Positions 1-12,989 of a stretch of 64,000 nt of DNA are shown here, one piece after another (within the stretch, counting starts at the first letter, position 1; every line of letters begins with the position of its first letter). Made by a program: the position numbers and the translations under genes. A model generated the notes under the pieces. It was not told where the DNA came from and made no database searches. It saw nothing but the letters and a program-made list of their open reading frames with translations. The stretch is from Podarcis tiliguerta (lineage: Eukaryota), in NCBI GenBank assembly GCA_965153285.1, contig OZ229129.1; one strand, given 5' to 3'.

Positions 1-78
1 AGTGTACTACAAGCGGTATGAGAAAACTGGGCAGAATTTTAAAAGCAGAGAAGAAACAGACACCAACATTGCACATAC

Positions 79-127
79 CTCCTGCCCTGTGGCAACGTCT
101 ATCGCTGTATAAACTGTACCTGAAGCT
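79..127 (-). CDS. PAK3: PAK3 coding exon (Gly-rich loop, 49 nt)
   Basis: ttgtag|AGCTTCAGGT...CAGGAG|gtatgt; (G)ASGTVYTAIDVATGQE. Confidence 0.95.
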
Positions 128-1437
128 CTACAAGAAAATAGAATGTGTCGTCAAGATATGTGGAGGTGCCAAACAGGAAGAACATGAATAAAAATGAGCA
201 CATACTTATGCCTGCTGGTCACTGCTACAAAGTGTGTTGCCCAGTTTTAGAAAAGATTCTGTCAATTAAGTAGCTGGTGAGTTATTAGATGGTTAACACT
301 GACATGCACTGAACAGTCTTTCTACAATGCCAGAATGTTGTTTGGAACTGTGTATATTAATTGGCAAGCAAAATTATTTTAAGAGCATTTCACTTTTTTC
401 TCCCACAGCCTGGATCCCTCGGTTTAATGAAATGTTTCCATTGGATATGCCATTCATCATTTCAATGTTAATGCTAATGTGTTTTCTGTGACTAATAGGG
501 AAGTTTAATCCAATTTGTTTACATTTTTTTTAAAAAAAACTGTTTACTCATGGTTGTCAGTGCAGAACCAAAGTTCAAGTGCAGAGGATTTTGATTTGAG
601 CATTTTACTTAGATAACCTTCTACCTGCTTATATCCAGATGTCATTCTTCAGGCTACGGAAATAGGTCTGGCAGGTGTCAGAAGTATTTTGAGATTGAAT
701 ATGAAACTACAGTTTGGTTCTCACACAATGCTAAATGCTGATTTATTAAACTATGGTTTGTCAAACCATGAATTAGCATTACATGTGAACCCTGCCCAGA
801 GGCCCAATATGGGTTGTTTACTGTCAACAAACCACAATCTGAAACTATGGTTTGATGTTGACTTATGAACCTTGATTTCTTTCAACTATAGCATGGAATT
901 ACATTAAAAAACAGCACTCTTCCTTAACCATGGTTTGCTTGTACCCCATCACAAATACTCAAACTATAAATGCTCACCAAACTTAATGAATGGCTGGGGG
1001 CAGGGGACCTAATTTTGAAGAAATAAGCCACTCCTTCTTTGATTGTCTGGGGGCTAACTTGTATTAACTTGTGGTTTGTTGAACAAGCCTTGGCTTAAAC
1101 AAACCTTTGGTTAGTGTTATTTGCAAACAAGTCCAGTTTCTGTGTGATAAAATAACACATATAAATAAAATTTTATTCTGCAATAAAATATATTTGTCAT
1201 GATGCACACAACAGCAATATTTTATCTTTCCCATACTGTGGAATACTCAAAGATGTTGAGGTGAGATCTGAACCAGGGAATTACTGATGGTTGCTCACAT
1301 TGGTAGCTCCAGGTGTGAAGACGAGGCAACCAAATTGTAGTCCCTGCCTTATGATAACTTGTATAACCAAACATACATGAATAAATGGGCAGAAATACTA
1401 TAATCAAAACTGAGCCCCTGTGCCTTGGCAATACTTA

Positions 1438-1548
<111 letters not shown>

Positions 1549-2177
1549 TTAAGTGAGAGCGAAGAAAAAGAAAAGGTTGTGTTCAGTCCTGTGGGAGAGA
1601 CAATGGGGTGGGTGGGCAAAATTCACCAGACATTTCCATAGGAGGGCCTAAGGTTCCCTGTATTTTTAACTGAGTGGGGCTGGTCAGAGTTGTATGTTTA
1701 AAAAGTTCAGAGGGCACCAGGTTGTGAAAGTGTAGTATAGAAGTATTTTTCAAGAGGAGTTAGCAGAATCTGAAAGAAGATTATCTATGACCACTTTAAT
1801 TTCAAGGGGGGAGAGCAGCCTATCTGTGTACAAGGAGAAAAGAAGTTAGGTAATCTCCAAGCAACGGAATTGGAAAAGGGAAACCCTTCAGATCAGGAAG
1901 ATAATGAGAGATTCTGAACCCGTTTTCAACTGTTGAATCAGATGAATCAACTTGGGTTTGGTGTCTTCATGCAAATTGCGCTTCTGGGGGCTGGTCAAGT
2001 TGACCCTCGGGGTCCCTTCCAACTCTACACTTCTATGAAATTCTGTGAGAAGAACAAAATAAGAGCAAAAATGTGAGAACATATGATTTCTAGCAAGACA
2101 GACAAAAGGTGCATATATTCCCCCTCCCAAAGCAGGATACAGGGGTCAGCTTTCTATAATGGGGGTGATTCAAAATA

Positions 2178-2532
2178 CAGTGGTGCCTCGCAAGACGAAA
2201 AGAATCCGTTCCGTGAGTCTCTTCGTCTAGTGGTTTTTTCATCTTGCGAAGCAAGCCCATTAGCGGATTAGCGCTATTAGCGGTTTAGCGGCTATTAGCG
2301 GCTATTAAAGGCTTAAGGGATTAGCGGATTAGCTGCTAAAAGGCTATTAGCATCTTAGTGCCTTAGAAAAAGGGGGTGGGGAGCGGACCCCCCCCCAGGA
2401 ATCGCAAGACATTTTCGTCTTGCGAAGCAAGCCCATAGGAAATTCGTTTTGTGAAGCACCTCCAAAACGGAAAACCCTTTCGTCTAGCGGATTTCCCGTC
2501 TTGCGAGGCATTTGTCTTGCGGGGCACCACTG
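2178..2532. mobile_element. Tc1/mariner (Tigger/pogo-like) MITE
   Basis: TA|CAGTGGTGCCTCGCAAGAC ... GTCTTGCGGGGCACCACTG|TA; TIRs, TA TSD and internal GCGGCTATTA-like tandem units. Confidence 0.85.
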
Positions 2533-3233
2533 TACAAATAATCTTTGCTAGACCTAATAGCACTGCATCTTCTTTGCATTCTAAAACTGCAAGGGAAGAA
2601 AATGGATAGATGCAAAAATGTACCAAGCATTGCTTTCAAAACCACTTAAAAACGAGCCATTGACAGGTGAAGACATATGTCATAACACTGAAAACGACCT
2701 TGGCCATGATATTTAGGTGCTTTCAAAAGTAGAAATAAAAAACTGCCTGAATATTGCAGTAGACAGGGAAGGACAGCAGGTGGCAACTTAAGGAACCATG
2801 GGAGTTACAACATGACGGGCTATGCTGAAGGAAAATTCAGTGTGAAGGGAGAAGAAAGATGCTGAGATCCAAACTCCCGCAGAGAATATGCAAAACTCTG
2901 ATACAGAGAATATGCAAAACCCAAATACTCTGTGATTCGTTACTAGAGCTGGGCATATAACAGGCAGAATATTCTGTTGCATTCACAAGGGGAAAAGGCC
3001 AGGCAGTTAATTATAACTGGTAAGCTCTAAAGCTTCATACAGGTGGGGGTAACAAAGTTGGGTAGCGGTACTTCCCCCTTCCACCCATCCTTTCATGCTA
3101 TTATTGATATCACCCATCCCAACTAATGTGCCAGTTCAGTAGTGAATAGACTTTGTATACACCTGGTTCTGTGCAACAGCCCAAAGGGCAAGACTACAAG
3201 GACAGCTTCTAGCACCCTACTTTTCCCCAACAA

Positions 3234-3415
3234 GGACCATAGCTCAGTGGCAGAGCAGCCGCTTTGCACCCATGAGGTCCCAGGTTTAACCCTTGGCAGC
3301 ATCTCCAGGTAGGGCTAGAAAATACTCCTGCCCAAGCTGCTGCCAGTTAGTGTAAGCAATACTGAGCTAGATGGGATAATAGTTTTACTTCACATAAGGC
3401 AGATTCCTGTGTTCC
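3234..3415 (+). mobile_element. tRNA-derived squamate SINE (Squam3-like)
   Basis: A-box TAGCTCAGTGG, B-box-like GGTTTAACCC, body GCTGCTGCCAGT...ACTGAGCTAGATGG, tail TAAGGCAG.TTCCT.TGTTC. Confidence 0.7.
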
Positions 3416-3551
3416 CAGGAGTTGTGGGTAAGCAGAGGCCTCTTGAGCTTCTGCCTCCAGGAGTCCACTGCTTCATTGCTCAGATCCCCGTTGGAGAGCC
3501 AAAGGGTATTGGTACAATACGCTGCATGGCAAGGTGGAATAAAGCCTTATA

Positions 3552-3792
3552 CAGTGGTACCTGTAGTTACAAACTTAATTCGTTCCGGAGGTCCATTCTT
3601 AACCTGAAACTGTTCTTAACTAGAGACCCTCTTTCGCTAGTGGGGCCTCTTGCTGCCGTTGCACTGACGGCACACAATTTCTGTTCTCATCCTGGAGCAA
3701 AGTTCTCAACTCGAGGTAACTCTTCCAGGTTAGCGGAGTTTGTAACCTGAAGCGTTTGTAACCTGAGGCGTTTGTAACTTGAGGTACCACTG
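3552..3792. mobile_element. MITE family A (Tigger/pogo-like), reverse orientation relative to most copies
   Basis: TA|CAGTGGTACCT ... GAGGTACCACTG|TA; reverse complement of the copies at 23380, 37000 and others. Confidence 0.9.
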
Positions 3793-4684
3793 TATGTGCT
3801 ACTGGTATCTATTTATTTTTTCCTAAGAAATAAAGAAGAGTCAATCTCATTTAGAGATCAAACAAAGCTGTGTGTGGCATCTTTCTGAAGGTGGATGGAG
3901 GTCAAACCCGAAGATATTAAAGAAGGAAGAAAATTAGGGGGGTGGGATGCACCACCTGGGTTCCAAACATAAAGCTTTGTTAATTAATTCTTAATTATTT
4001 TCCTAATTAGCTCTCAGTCGTACAGACAAATGCAATACATCATGTTTCAGAAGACTGTTTGAAATTCCATTGGATTTTCAATCTGCAGCTCAAAGTTGGC
4101 TGGAAGGCAACTACTCAGACACCTTAATCAGGCATACATTACATTCTTAAGGAGGAGAGAAAAAAAGCAGACAATCATGAAACAACCAAAAATCAATCAA
4201 GGAAGGAAAGGCTTGGAGATGTGGGGCAGGCAGGCAATTGTTGCTGTGCCTCATTAATAATGCTCATCCACAAGAGTTGTCGTCTCATGAGAGATCTCAT
4301 GTAAAAATAGCTTGCTTGCAACTCTTGGCTTCAATGAGAGTGGCCATTAGCATTTGGAATCAGAAACCTGGGAGACTCATTCAGATTATCTAGTCTGGTG
4401 GATGAGAAGAACAGAACAGCTGTGCTTGATTTGAACCAAAAACCACCCATTCAAGCATCCTGTCTTAGACAGCAGCCACCTAGATATCTTTGGGAGAATA
4501 ACAAGGAGGTCATGATATCAATAGTCCTCTCTCTAGATATATGTCCTCCCACTAGCTGGTACTTTGAGGTAGACTGCATGGTTGGTCCACTTGGTTATTA
4601 TGGCTAGGTATCCATTGATAGATTTCTCCTTGATAAATTTGTGGTCAAGTATCAATAGTGTGCAAGCAAGGGCGAAACACTCAC

Positions 4685-4847
4685 TTAATTTCTCTAGGAT
4701 CTCCTCATCAGTCATCTTGGATTTTTTCCGCTGCCGATCTGTATTTCTATACAAGGTGTTTGAGTTGGAATTCTCAGGCTGAGGGGTTGTAGGTTCCTTC
4801 ACTGGGGCTGGAGCCGCAACAGGTTCAATGACAGAACGTGTGTAAAT
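4685..4847 (-). CDS. PAK3: PAK3 coding exon (linker, 163 nt)
   Basis: tttcag|ATTTACACA...AAATTAA|gtgagt; [54 protein letters not shown]. Confidence 0.96.
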
Positions 4848-5635
4848 CTGAAAGAAACAATGGCGGGAAATACCTTAATTCCATTGTGAACTTGGGGAAA
4901 TTGAACAACAATGAATCGCCAATGAGCTACATACAAGGAAACACTTTAATTGTCTCCTGTGCTTTCACAAATATTATATTGCTTTCTCTCTAAAGGTTTA
5001 ATTTAAGCTCCTGACAGGCAGATAATGGATTTCAAGACTTCCATTACACTGTTCAATTTACACATTACACCCTGAACCAAGAGCTCTGCTATGCCTTTTC
5101 ACACAATGCAGAAAAGCTTGGGATTAAGTGATAAATCTCAGAGCAGAGCTACCTGACTGCCATAGTTTCCTACAAATGAAAATCCTAAGACTGGGTACTA
5201 AACTCAAAGTTGCTCCTTCAAAATGAATTTTCCTCCATGGCTCGTAATAGCTACTGGCTTTGCCATAGGCAGTGTGTGCTCTGAGCAAAACCAGATAAAA
5301 AGCTAGCACAGAGGCAATCTAATTTCTGTGCCAAGAGGGGTTAAACCTGGAAATTTGCACAGAGAGACTTCTCTGGGGATTGTTTAAAAAAAGCTGTTTC
5401 CGGCTACCCGGCTAACAAAATTTCACCAGACCGCACTTTGTGTGTCTCTGCAGCCATAAGGGCTAGACATTCATGGAAAGCAGAGATTCCCAAAAGCTCG
5501 CATTCTGCATCACCACCAGATTCTGTGCCCCTTCGCCATCCCCAACCCTATGCATTCCTGCTGAACAAGGGCAAATACGCAGACCTGGTCCTACCATACA
5601 GACAACAATTCAAACTAAAACTGTTAGCAGCTCAC

Positions 5636-5767
5636 TGATTTTGTATGCTCTGGTCGTGGGGCAATAACAGGTGGTGGCTCATTGTCGTCATCATCATCAT
5701 CATCTTCCTCATCCTCCTCTTCGGAAACTGGAGGAGCCAGTGGAGGTTCTGATGCAGTCTTTGTGCT
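5636..5767 (-). CDS. PAK3: PAK3 coding exon (acidic tract and PIX-binding motif, 132 nt)
   Basis: atacag|AGCACAAAG...AAATCA|gtgagc; [44 protein letters not shown]. Confidence 0.96.
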
Positions 5768-7351
5768 CTGTATGTGCAAAAGATGTATTCATAAAATGAG
5801 GCTTCAGCTGTTTACGGGATTACTATCAGAACATGAGGAGGTCTGGCTTAGGACAAGGGCCCGGGGTCTGTGGTCCGCTGGCCTAATTAGGTCCACCAGG
5901 TTACCCACTTGGCCTGTGAGGCCTACCTGCCCTATACCTGAAATCACACATGACATTAGGTGTGGAGCAGGGGAAAAAACATGGCTACACCAAAAGGGAG
6001 TTTGCACTGATCTGACTTTTTTGGAATGTATTTGTCCCATGAGCAGAAGTGGCTTGGTGGGTGGGGAAGAACTGCAACGCTTAGTTTCCCAAGTGGGTTG
6101 TTATTACGTACCAGGGTGGAGTGCTGTATTGGCTCCATTGGTGTCTTTGTACCACACCAACTTCACCACCACCTCGCCTCTCTCCCTCTTGGTAAGCAAC
6201 AACAACTCACCTGCCGGGAAGCTACCCAGTGACTCCACGCCACCTGGGAAGCCCATGATCTCATTTAGAGCATTCTGACAGAGCTTTAAAATTCTCCTGG
6301 CAGAGCCACATCTGCAAAAACAGGCCTGCTCAAGAAGCCATTTGAGTTCTTTATAGCTTCATCACTGTCATTTCCCCTTTACAGTCAAAGATGGCATACT
6401 TATTTTAAAAAAGCAAAACAATGGCAAAGGGAAAAAGGAATTCTCATTTCATGAGATGCTTGCAGAATTCATTACAGGGAAGTCATTTTGGCCAGCCAAT
6501 GGTTCTCATAGAGACCATGCAATGAACACTATTTCTCTCTTTTTAAATTGTCTTTTATTGATTTTCATACAATTTAAGAAATTTAATTCAGTTTCAATAC
6601 AATATTCCTTAGCATCTTGACTTCCCATCCTTACTTCCATGATGTTTCTGTTTAAATATTTTATTTACTGCTTTAAATGCAATACTTTTTTTTCTAAAAG
6701 ATATATTGTACATTACATTCCTTTATCATTCTCATTCCTTTGCTTATATTTCAAGTCCTGCCTACGATTTCATTCGGCTATACTGTTTTCTCAGATAATC
6801 CGAAAAGGGTCTCTACTCTTCTACCAGCATTTCCATACTATTTCTCGACTGCCCATTGCATGGCCTCTGTTGTGTAATTGAGTCCATGATATTACATATC
6901 TCAGCATTAAAAAGAATAAGAAGAGGAAAGGAAAGTCCTACTTCAACTATTCAGAATGGAAAATAAGACATTCATACTGAGAACTCAGTATTGATAGGGA
7001 TTGCTTTAATTGTACTTTTGGGGGTTTTGCTTTGATTCAATTTTCATTAAATACACACTGCTATTTCAAGCATTCCTATAAGCAAAAAGACATAAAAAAG
7101 CCTGACTGCTGGATTAGTCCAAATGGGGACCATCTATTCCAACATCCTGTTCTTGCAGTGGCCAGCCAGAGGCCACTATGGAAAACCTGTAAGCGGGACA
7201 TGAGCACAACGGCACTCCCCTATATTTTTGATTCCCAGAAACTGGTATTCAGAGCCAGCTGCAAATCACATCAAGCCAAAAATCTCAGCAGAGACACTAT
7301 TCCCCCCCCCCCCCAATTAGTTCACATTCAACAGCAGGTTCTTATACTCAC

Positions 7352-7389
7352 CGAAGGATGGGCTGCGATATATCCATGGGCACTTTTAT
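7352..7389 (-). CDS. PAK3: PAK3 38-nt coding exon (DKSAHGYIAAHPS)
   Basis: tttcag|ATAAAAGTGCCCATGGATATATCGCAGCCCATCCTTCG|gtgagt; phases fit both neighbouring exons. Confidence 0.95.
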
Positions 7390-9268
7390 CTGAAACGTGC
7401 AACAACAAAAGTTCTCAATAGCTTCATTGAGCCTAAATGGCTACAGGGCAGTTAGGAGATGACACATGTGTGGCAATGTTGGACAGGGTCAAACCCTCCC
7501 CTATACTACTCATTTGCTTCCAATCACGACCTCCCATGCTGCTGTTTAGTTTTAAAAAGGAAAAGGAAATCAAAAGCCTGTTGAGATCTCTTCTGCATAA
7601 CCACCCTTTTTTTTGTTTTGCTCTTGCTTCTGTTTTGTGTGTGCATGTGTTGTCTACTCTGGGTCAATGAGGGGATGGTATACACATGAAGGTGACTGAT
7701 GGTTGGTGAAAGATCCTGTGTGAAAGTCTGAGAAGGGAAGATTTCCCAGGGTGGAAGGCTGGGAGAAGAAAGGGAAGCTCTCAGGTGAGAGCTGGGTGGG
7801 CCCACCCCTTTCTGTGTGGAGCAAGGGTTAAGATCTATGTTTGAGGGAGGGCTTCACATTTTCTCTTTCTCTTTCTGTTTTTATTTTCATTTAGATTAGT
7901 TTGTTTTTTATTGTGTTGTATTATGAAAAAGCCTCAATATAATTATATCCCCCCCCATAAAATTATTATTTAGTGTTCTTAGAGGTTAGGCATAGCAGTG
8001 AGCCTCAGCGGGGTTCTTCCAAAAGGAAGTAAGAAGAAGGGTGTACAGCAGGAGTCATCAATCTTTTGAGACCCAAGGACATCACCATCCCATGTCACCT
8101 TCCTCTCCCAGATCATGAAAAAGCAGGCAGAACACAGGCTTCACTTTTCCAAAGGATCTGGGGGAAAGCAATTGCCTGTAGAATAAATTCTAGCCTTGAA
8201 AAGCACAGAGAGCTGAAAAAGGAAGTGCAAAAGAGTGTCATGCTTCCAACTTCCTGCTTCAGCTCTATGTACGTTCTGGAGGAGAAAAATGCAACCATTA
8301 TCACCTTCTAAGGACCAAGGGGGCAGTATGTGTGCTCAGAGGCTTTGTGGGCAGCGAAAGAAGACCTCAAAGGCACCACTGCACCCATAAGTGCTACACT
8401 GGTGATCCCTGGGATACACCCTAGGGTTCTGTCTTGGAGTTAGGCTTCAAAACTGTATTAAGACTTCTCTAGTGGCGCACTCAGCTCCCTGGGCCAAAGT
8501 CCCTCAAGGCAACCAGGTAGAGCCATGTGCTGTGCTGTGCTGTGCTGTACTGTCTTTCTACACTGTCTTCCCTCTTGGTTCACTGCCCCTCTAAGCTGTT
8601 AACACCTTGCTCTCTTTTTGCAGCCCACTTTGCTCCCCCCCTCTCCAGCTCTTCTCCCCATTTCTCTCCTGTTTCATCCTGTTGTGTGTCTCTGAGTCCC
8701 CCCCCCCATCACCAATGGTCATCTCAAGTACAGTTTCATTGTGCTCCCTCTTTCCATGCTTCCCCTGAGGTACTCTTCACCTACCACGAGGGCATACACA
8801 CTATCCCCCTCCTATGTCCTTGTCCTGTGTGTGCCACACCAACCTTCCCAAACTGATCTGAAGAGACCTTCTAAGTGAATTTGGACTGGTGTGCTTAGAA
8901 GATTCTATGCCATCTAGAACCTCATCTAGAGAACTGGGAACACAATTTAGCATATTCTTTGAACTTAAGACAAACTGTGGTTTGTCTTAACTAACTATGG
9001 TTTACTGAAACAAACCGAAAACAAACTGTAGTTTATGAAGCTAGCTTGTTTTAATAAACCATACTGAAGTTTAACCATGGTTTACAATTCAGGAACAACA
9101 CTAATGAGGTTACTGGGAAACTGAATGGAAAGTCCAAGAGGAATGGGAAGGAGGAAGCACATGAGCCTGAGTCTCACACAAGAAAAATATCATAGCTGAG
9201 ATTTATATCCATATAAGGCCTGTGGGTCATTCTTCCCTTATCTAGTTTTTTTATTTTTAAACTTTTTA

Positions 9269-9499
<231 letters not shown>

Positions 9500-10593
9500 T
9501 CAGGGCATTTCATCAGCGTTTATATTCTGGCAGCACAGTTCCTTACCAAGAATCCCACGCTACCTGTAATATTACATTTGGAGCCTTTGATTGATGCCCA
9601 AGAGTTTAAAAAGCTAGACACTTTACAGCAGGTGCAATCATTCTCTCATCCTCTATTAAAACAAAGAGCTAAAACCTGGATCCAACTTAAAAAAAACCAA
9701 AAAGTTATGACTGTGACCGGAAAAAAAGGTGCATGAAGCTCATCGTTAATTCAACTCTTGCTGATCCATGGACCAATGGCGGCAAAGCTTATCTCATTTC
9801 CCTGGCGCTTCAGGACAGAAAACAAAACACTACTCTACACTGGAGGACAACACCGGGTGCTTTAGGAAATTTACACTGGATAGCTCATGCAAAACAAGAT
9901 AAATGCTTTCTACTCAGACGATAAAAGCAGACGCCACCGAGACCAAAGCTACCTCCTGACGCCTTAACTGCCCACTCAAGGACATTTTCCCTACTTCAAA
10001 GGAGGAGCTGCAATTTGGAATCAAAATGGTGGTGCTAAGTTATATAAGGTAGCTGGGACTTACAATGCACCCTCTTTCCCCACTCCTTCCCTCTACTGTG
10101 TAATGTTATTAATTATTATTATTATTATTATAAATAATAATAATACTGCAGGAATTAGGAGCAGTGGCTGCATCCACCAAAGTACAAAATCTTATAAGTT
10201 TGCATTGAGGTATTTTGATTTCCGAGAAAGTTGTCTTGGAACATCCAGTATAATTTCCTAAATTCAAGGAGCGACCGTCTCCCCCACCCCTTAGCAGCAC
10301 AATTAACATTGAAGCAGTAACTCACTTGAAGTGCATCAAAGCATCCCTTTATTTTGCCACCCCAGCTTACAGCTAACATTCTAACAAAACTGGGGTTTTC
10401 CCCCCTTCCTCCTACGAGGTTCTCTGCAAAAATGAGATGTGACATGGGCCTTTGGAGTTTGGGGTTAACGATGAAAAAGTTGGAATAAGCCAAGCAACGA
10501 AATCTACTGCACACACACGGAACCTGCCGCTGCAGTGCTATGACATCTCAAAGAAGCACTTGGATGCAAGCTTCTTTTGGGCCTGTGACGCAC

Positions 10594-10638
10594 CTCTGGA
10601 AACTTCCCTGTGCACATCTGTGAGCCATAGAGATCTGG
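10594..10638 (-). CDS. PAK3: PAK3 alternative exon b (45 nt, PDLYGSQMCTGKFPE)
   Basis: Long pyrimidine tract, then ttgcag|CCAGATCTC...CCAGAG|gtgcgt; 13/15 identical to mammalian exon b PDLYGSQMCPGKLPE as I recall it; frame-preserving, phase 0-0. Confidence 0.93.
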
Positions 10639-12860
10639 CTGCAATGGACGTAAATAAAGAAAGAAAAGAAAGTTAAAACAGAATGTGGGACAACTCAGAC
10701 GGTGGGAAAGAGGTGAAATCCAATGGGTCGGAATGGGGCAGGGAAGGTCAAGGTTGTGTGTGTGAGGGTAACCCAGTCTAAAACGAGGGACGTAGCAAAC
10801 CAAGTAGTAGTCATTGACAGGCTACAGGAAGACAGACTATGAAAAACAGAAGGGGAGGAGGAAATAAATCACAATTAAGTCCAAAGTTTGGAAGCAGCAA
10901 TTCCCCATTTTAACCAGGTTGTGGGATGTTTGCTTGCTCACTGGAAAAATCATACTGCCAAGTGACTGGATCAAATATTCAGTATTAAAACAGTTGTGGC
11001 GGGTACAAAGAGCCTTCTTCTAAGAATTCTTCCATGCTTAAACCCACCTTGGTAATTCTGAAAGGTCTCCATGTCACATTTACAATGCAATCCCATGCAA
11101 GCTTGTTTAAAAGTAAGGGTCAGCAAGTCCAGTGGGGTTTACATCCCATTGACAGTGCAATCCTAACCATGTTTACTCAGAAATAAGCCTTACTGAATTC
11201 AGTGGGGCTTACTCCCAGGCAAGCAGGGTTAGAATTTCCGCCTAAAGTTGTTCAGGACTCATCTGACTTTAGGAATTATTAAAAACTGTTTTTCAAAAAT
11301 AGCCAGGGTATGAATGGACACAAATGCTGTGAATGGAAAAAATCAACCAATTCTGGATTTTTGTTTTTTGTTTTGTTTTTGGAGTCTGCAAACAGGGTCA
11401 AACCAAATTATGCCAAACATAATGCCAGAGAGAAAACTCTTGGCAACATACATATATGCCACTTATATATATATATGCCACTTGACTTTATACAACCTAA
11501 ATCCACCATTTCCTTTTGTTTTGAAATGGGAACCTTTATGAGTTTGAGTTGCAGCCAGTTTTCCTTCTAGATGGGGAATGCAGATCTGTCTCGTTAAAAG
11601 GCATGCTTTGCAGAATTCTCATTCAAAAATAGTGGAAAACAAAATTTCCCCACCTTATTAGTGCACCAACTTTTCCACCAAACTATCTATAGGCCTCAGA
11701 AGCATGCTTCTTTTGCCTAATCATTTTCAGCCATTGAATTTAGTGCTCTGTGTCCCAATTTCTGCTACTTGTGGTGGCTCCAAGCGAAACAAAATGGGAA
11801 TTCGGACATGCATTTGTGACAATCAGCATCATGTCGTTGGATGCTAATGACTGAAAGCCAGACTTCAAAGCCCATGCAGCAGGTCTCCCCAGCTGTGATT
11901 TTGGATGCAGCAATGAGTAACAGGGAATCCATCCAGAACACTGGCTGGCATTATGTGTTGGAGTAAAACTGTGGACGCTGCACATTGCGCATGGCACATA
12001 ACCAACAGATCAGGCACGGCAGCTACTGCAATCCTCTAAAATGAAGAAGGAACATTTGTGCAGGTTTTGAACAATCCCCTGACACTTCCAAACTTTTGAG
12101 AGATAGAGAAAAAAATGTGAACACTGTGGAAATACTTTTGTTAAGAGGCTTGGTGATGTGGCAGAACCCTTGTCACAATATACTTACCAACATATAAAGG
12201 AAATAAGGAAAAGCTCAAGATGTCACAGACCCATAGCTAATTAACTGAACCAGCTGTGGTTATGGAGCTAAGAAGATCTGGTTCTTCAGGAAACAGAAAT
12301 TCCCATGTGATTCCAAGGATACTTATGTTCCCATGCTGTGCAAACTGATCACCAAGGTGAACTAGCTTGATGATCACCATAACTTGGTGTTAACAGTCAG
12401 GTGCAGCAACTATGACTCCTGAGGGCTACTACCCTCAATAAACAATTTTGTATCAAAAACCTCAACCTCTTCCTCTCTCTCTCTCTGTTAAAATAAATCT
12501 TAATTTCAGGGAATCTTACAAGAAAGAGCAGGGAACTAAAACAGACACAATTTAATGCATTAATGCTATATCATGAAAGCTACTCTTGTTGCTGGATCCC
12601 ACACTGTCACTCTGGTAAAATTCAGACTGAAGAATCATGGGATGGAAAAGCACATGGGGAACAATCCATAAAAGTAGAAGACCACCCTGGGGGCTGGCAA
12701 TGCTGACTCTTGTTCCTTTCCATGTGATCCATCTACCCTACTTGATTTCTTCATCTAAATGTTAACCATAACACCATGGAATCAAGCCACAAGGAAATGC
12801 GTTCCCCAATATCATACTTACGATTTATATGTTAGGGTCTGAGATCTATATCCCTTAGTG

Positions 12861-12989
12861 CAGCCTTGCCCAACCTGGTGCCTTCCAAGGTTTTAGACTA
12901 CATCTCCCATCAGGCCCAACCAGCACAGCCATATTGGCCGGGGCTGATGGGAGCTGTGGTCCAAAACATCCCAAGTTAGGGAAGGTTGC
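12861..12989. mobile_element. Short palindromic hAT-like MITE (CTACAACTCCCATC family)
   Basis: CAGCCTTGCCCAACCT...ctacatctcccatc...gatgggagctgtgg...GTTAGGGAAGGTTG; related copies near 15014-15150, 27113-27248, 28250-28360, 51547-51680, 56380-56475. Confidence 0.65.

Noticed and set aside
5682-6278. 198-aa plus-strand ORF starting with poly-Ser
   Set aside because: It is the antisense shadow of the PAK3 acidic-tract exon running into intronic sequence. It has a non-ATG start and no recognisable domain.
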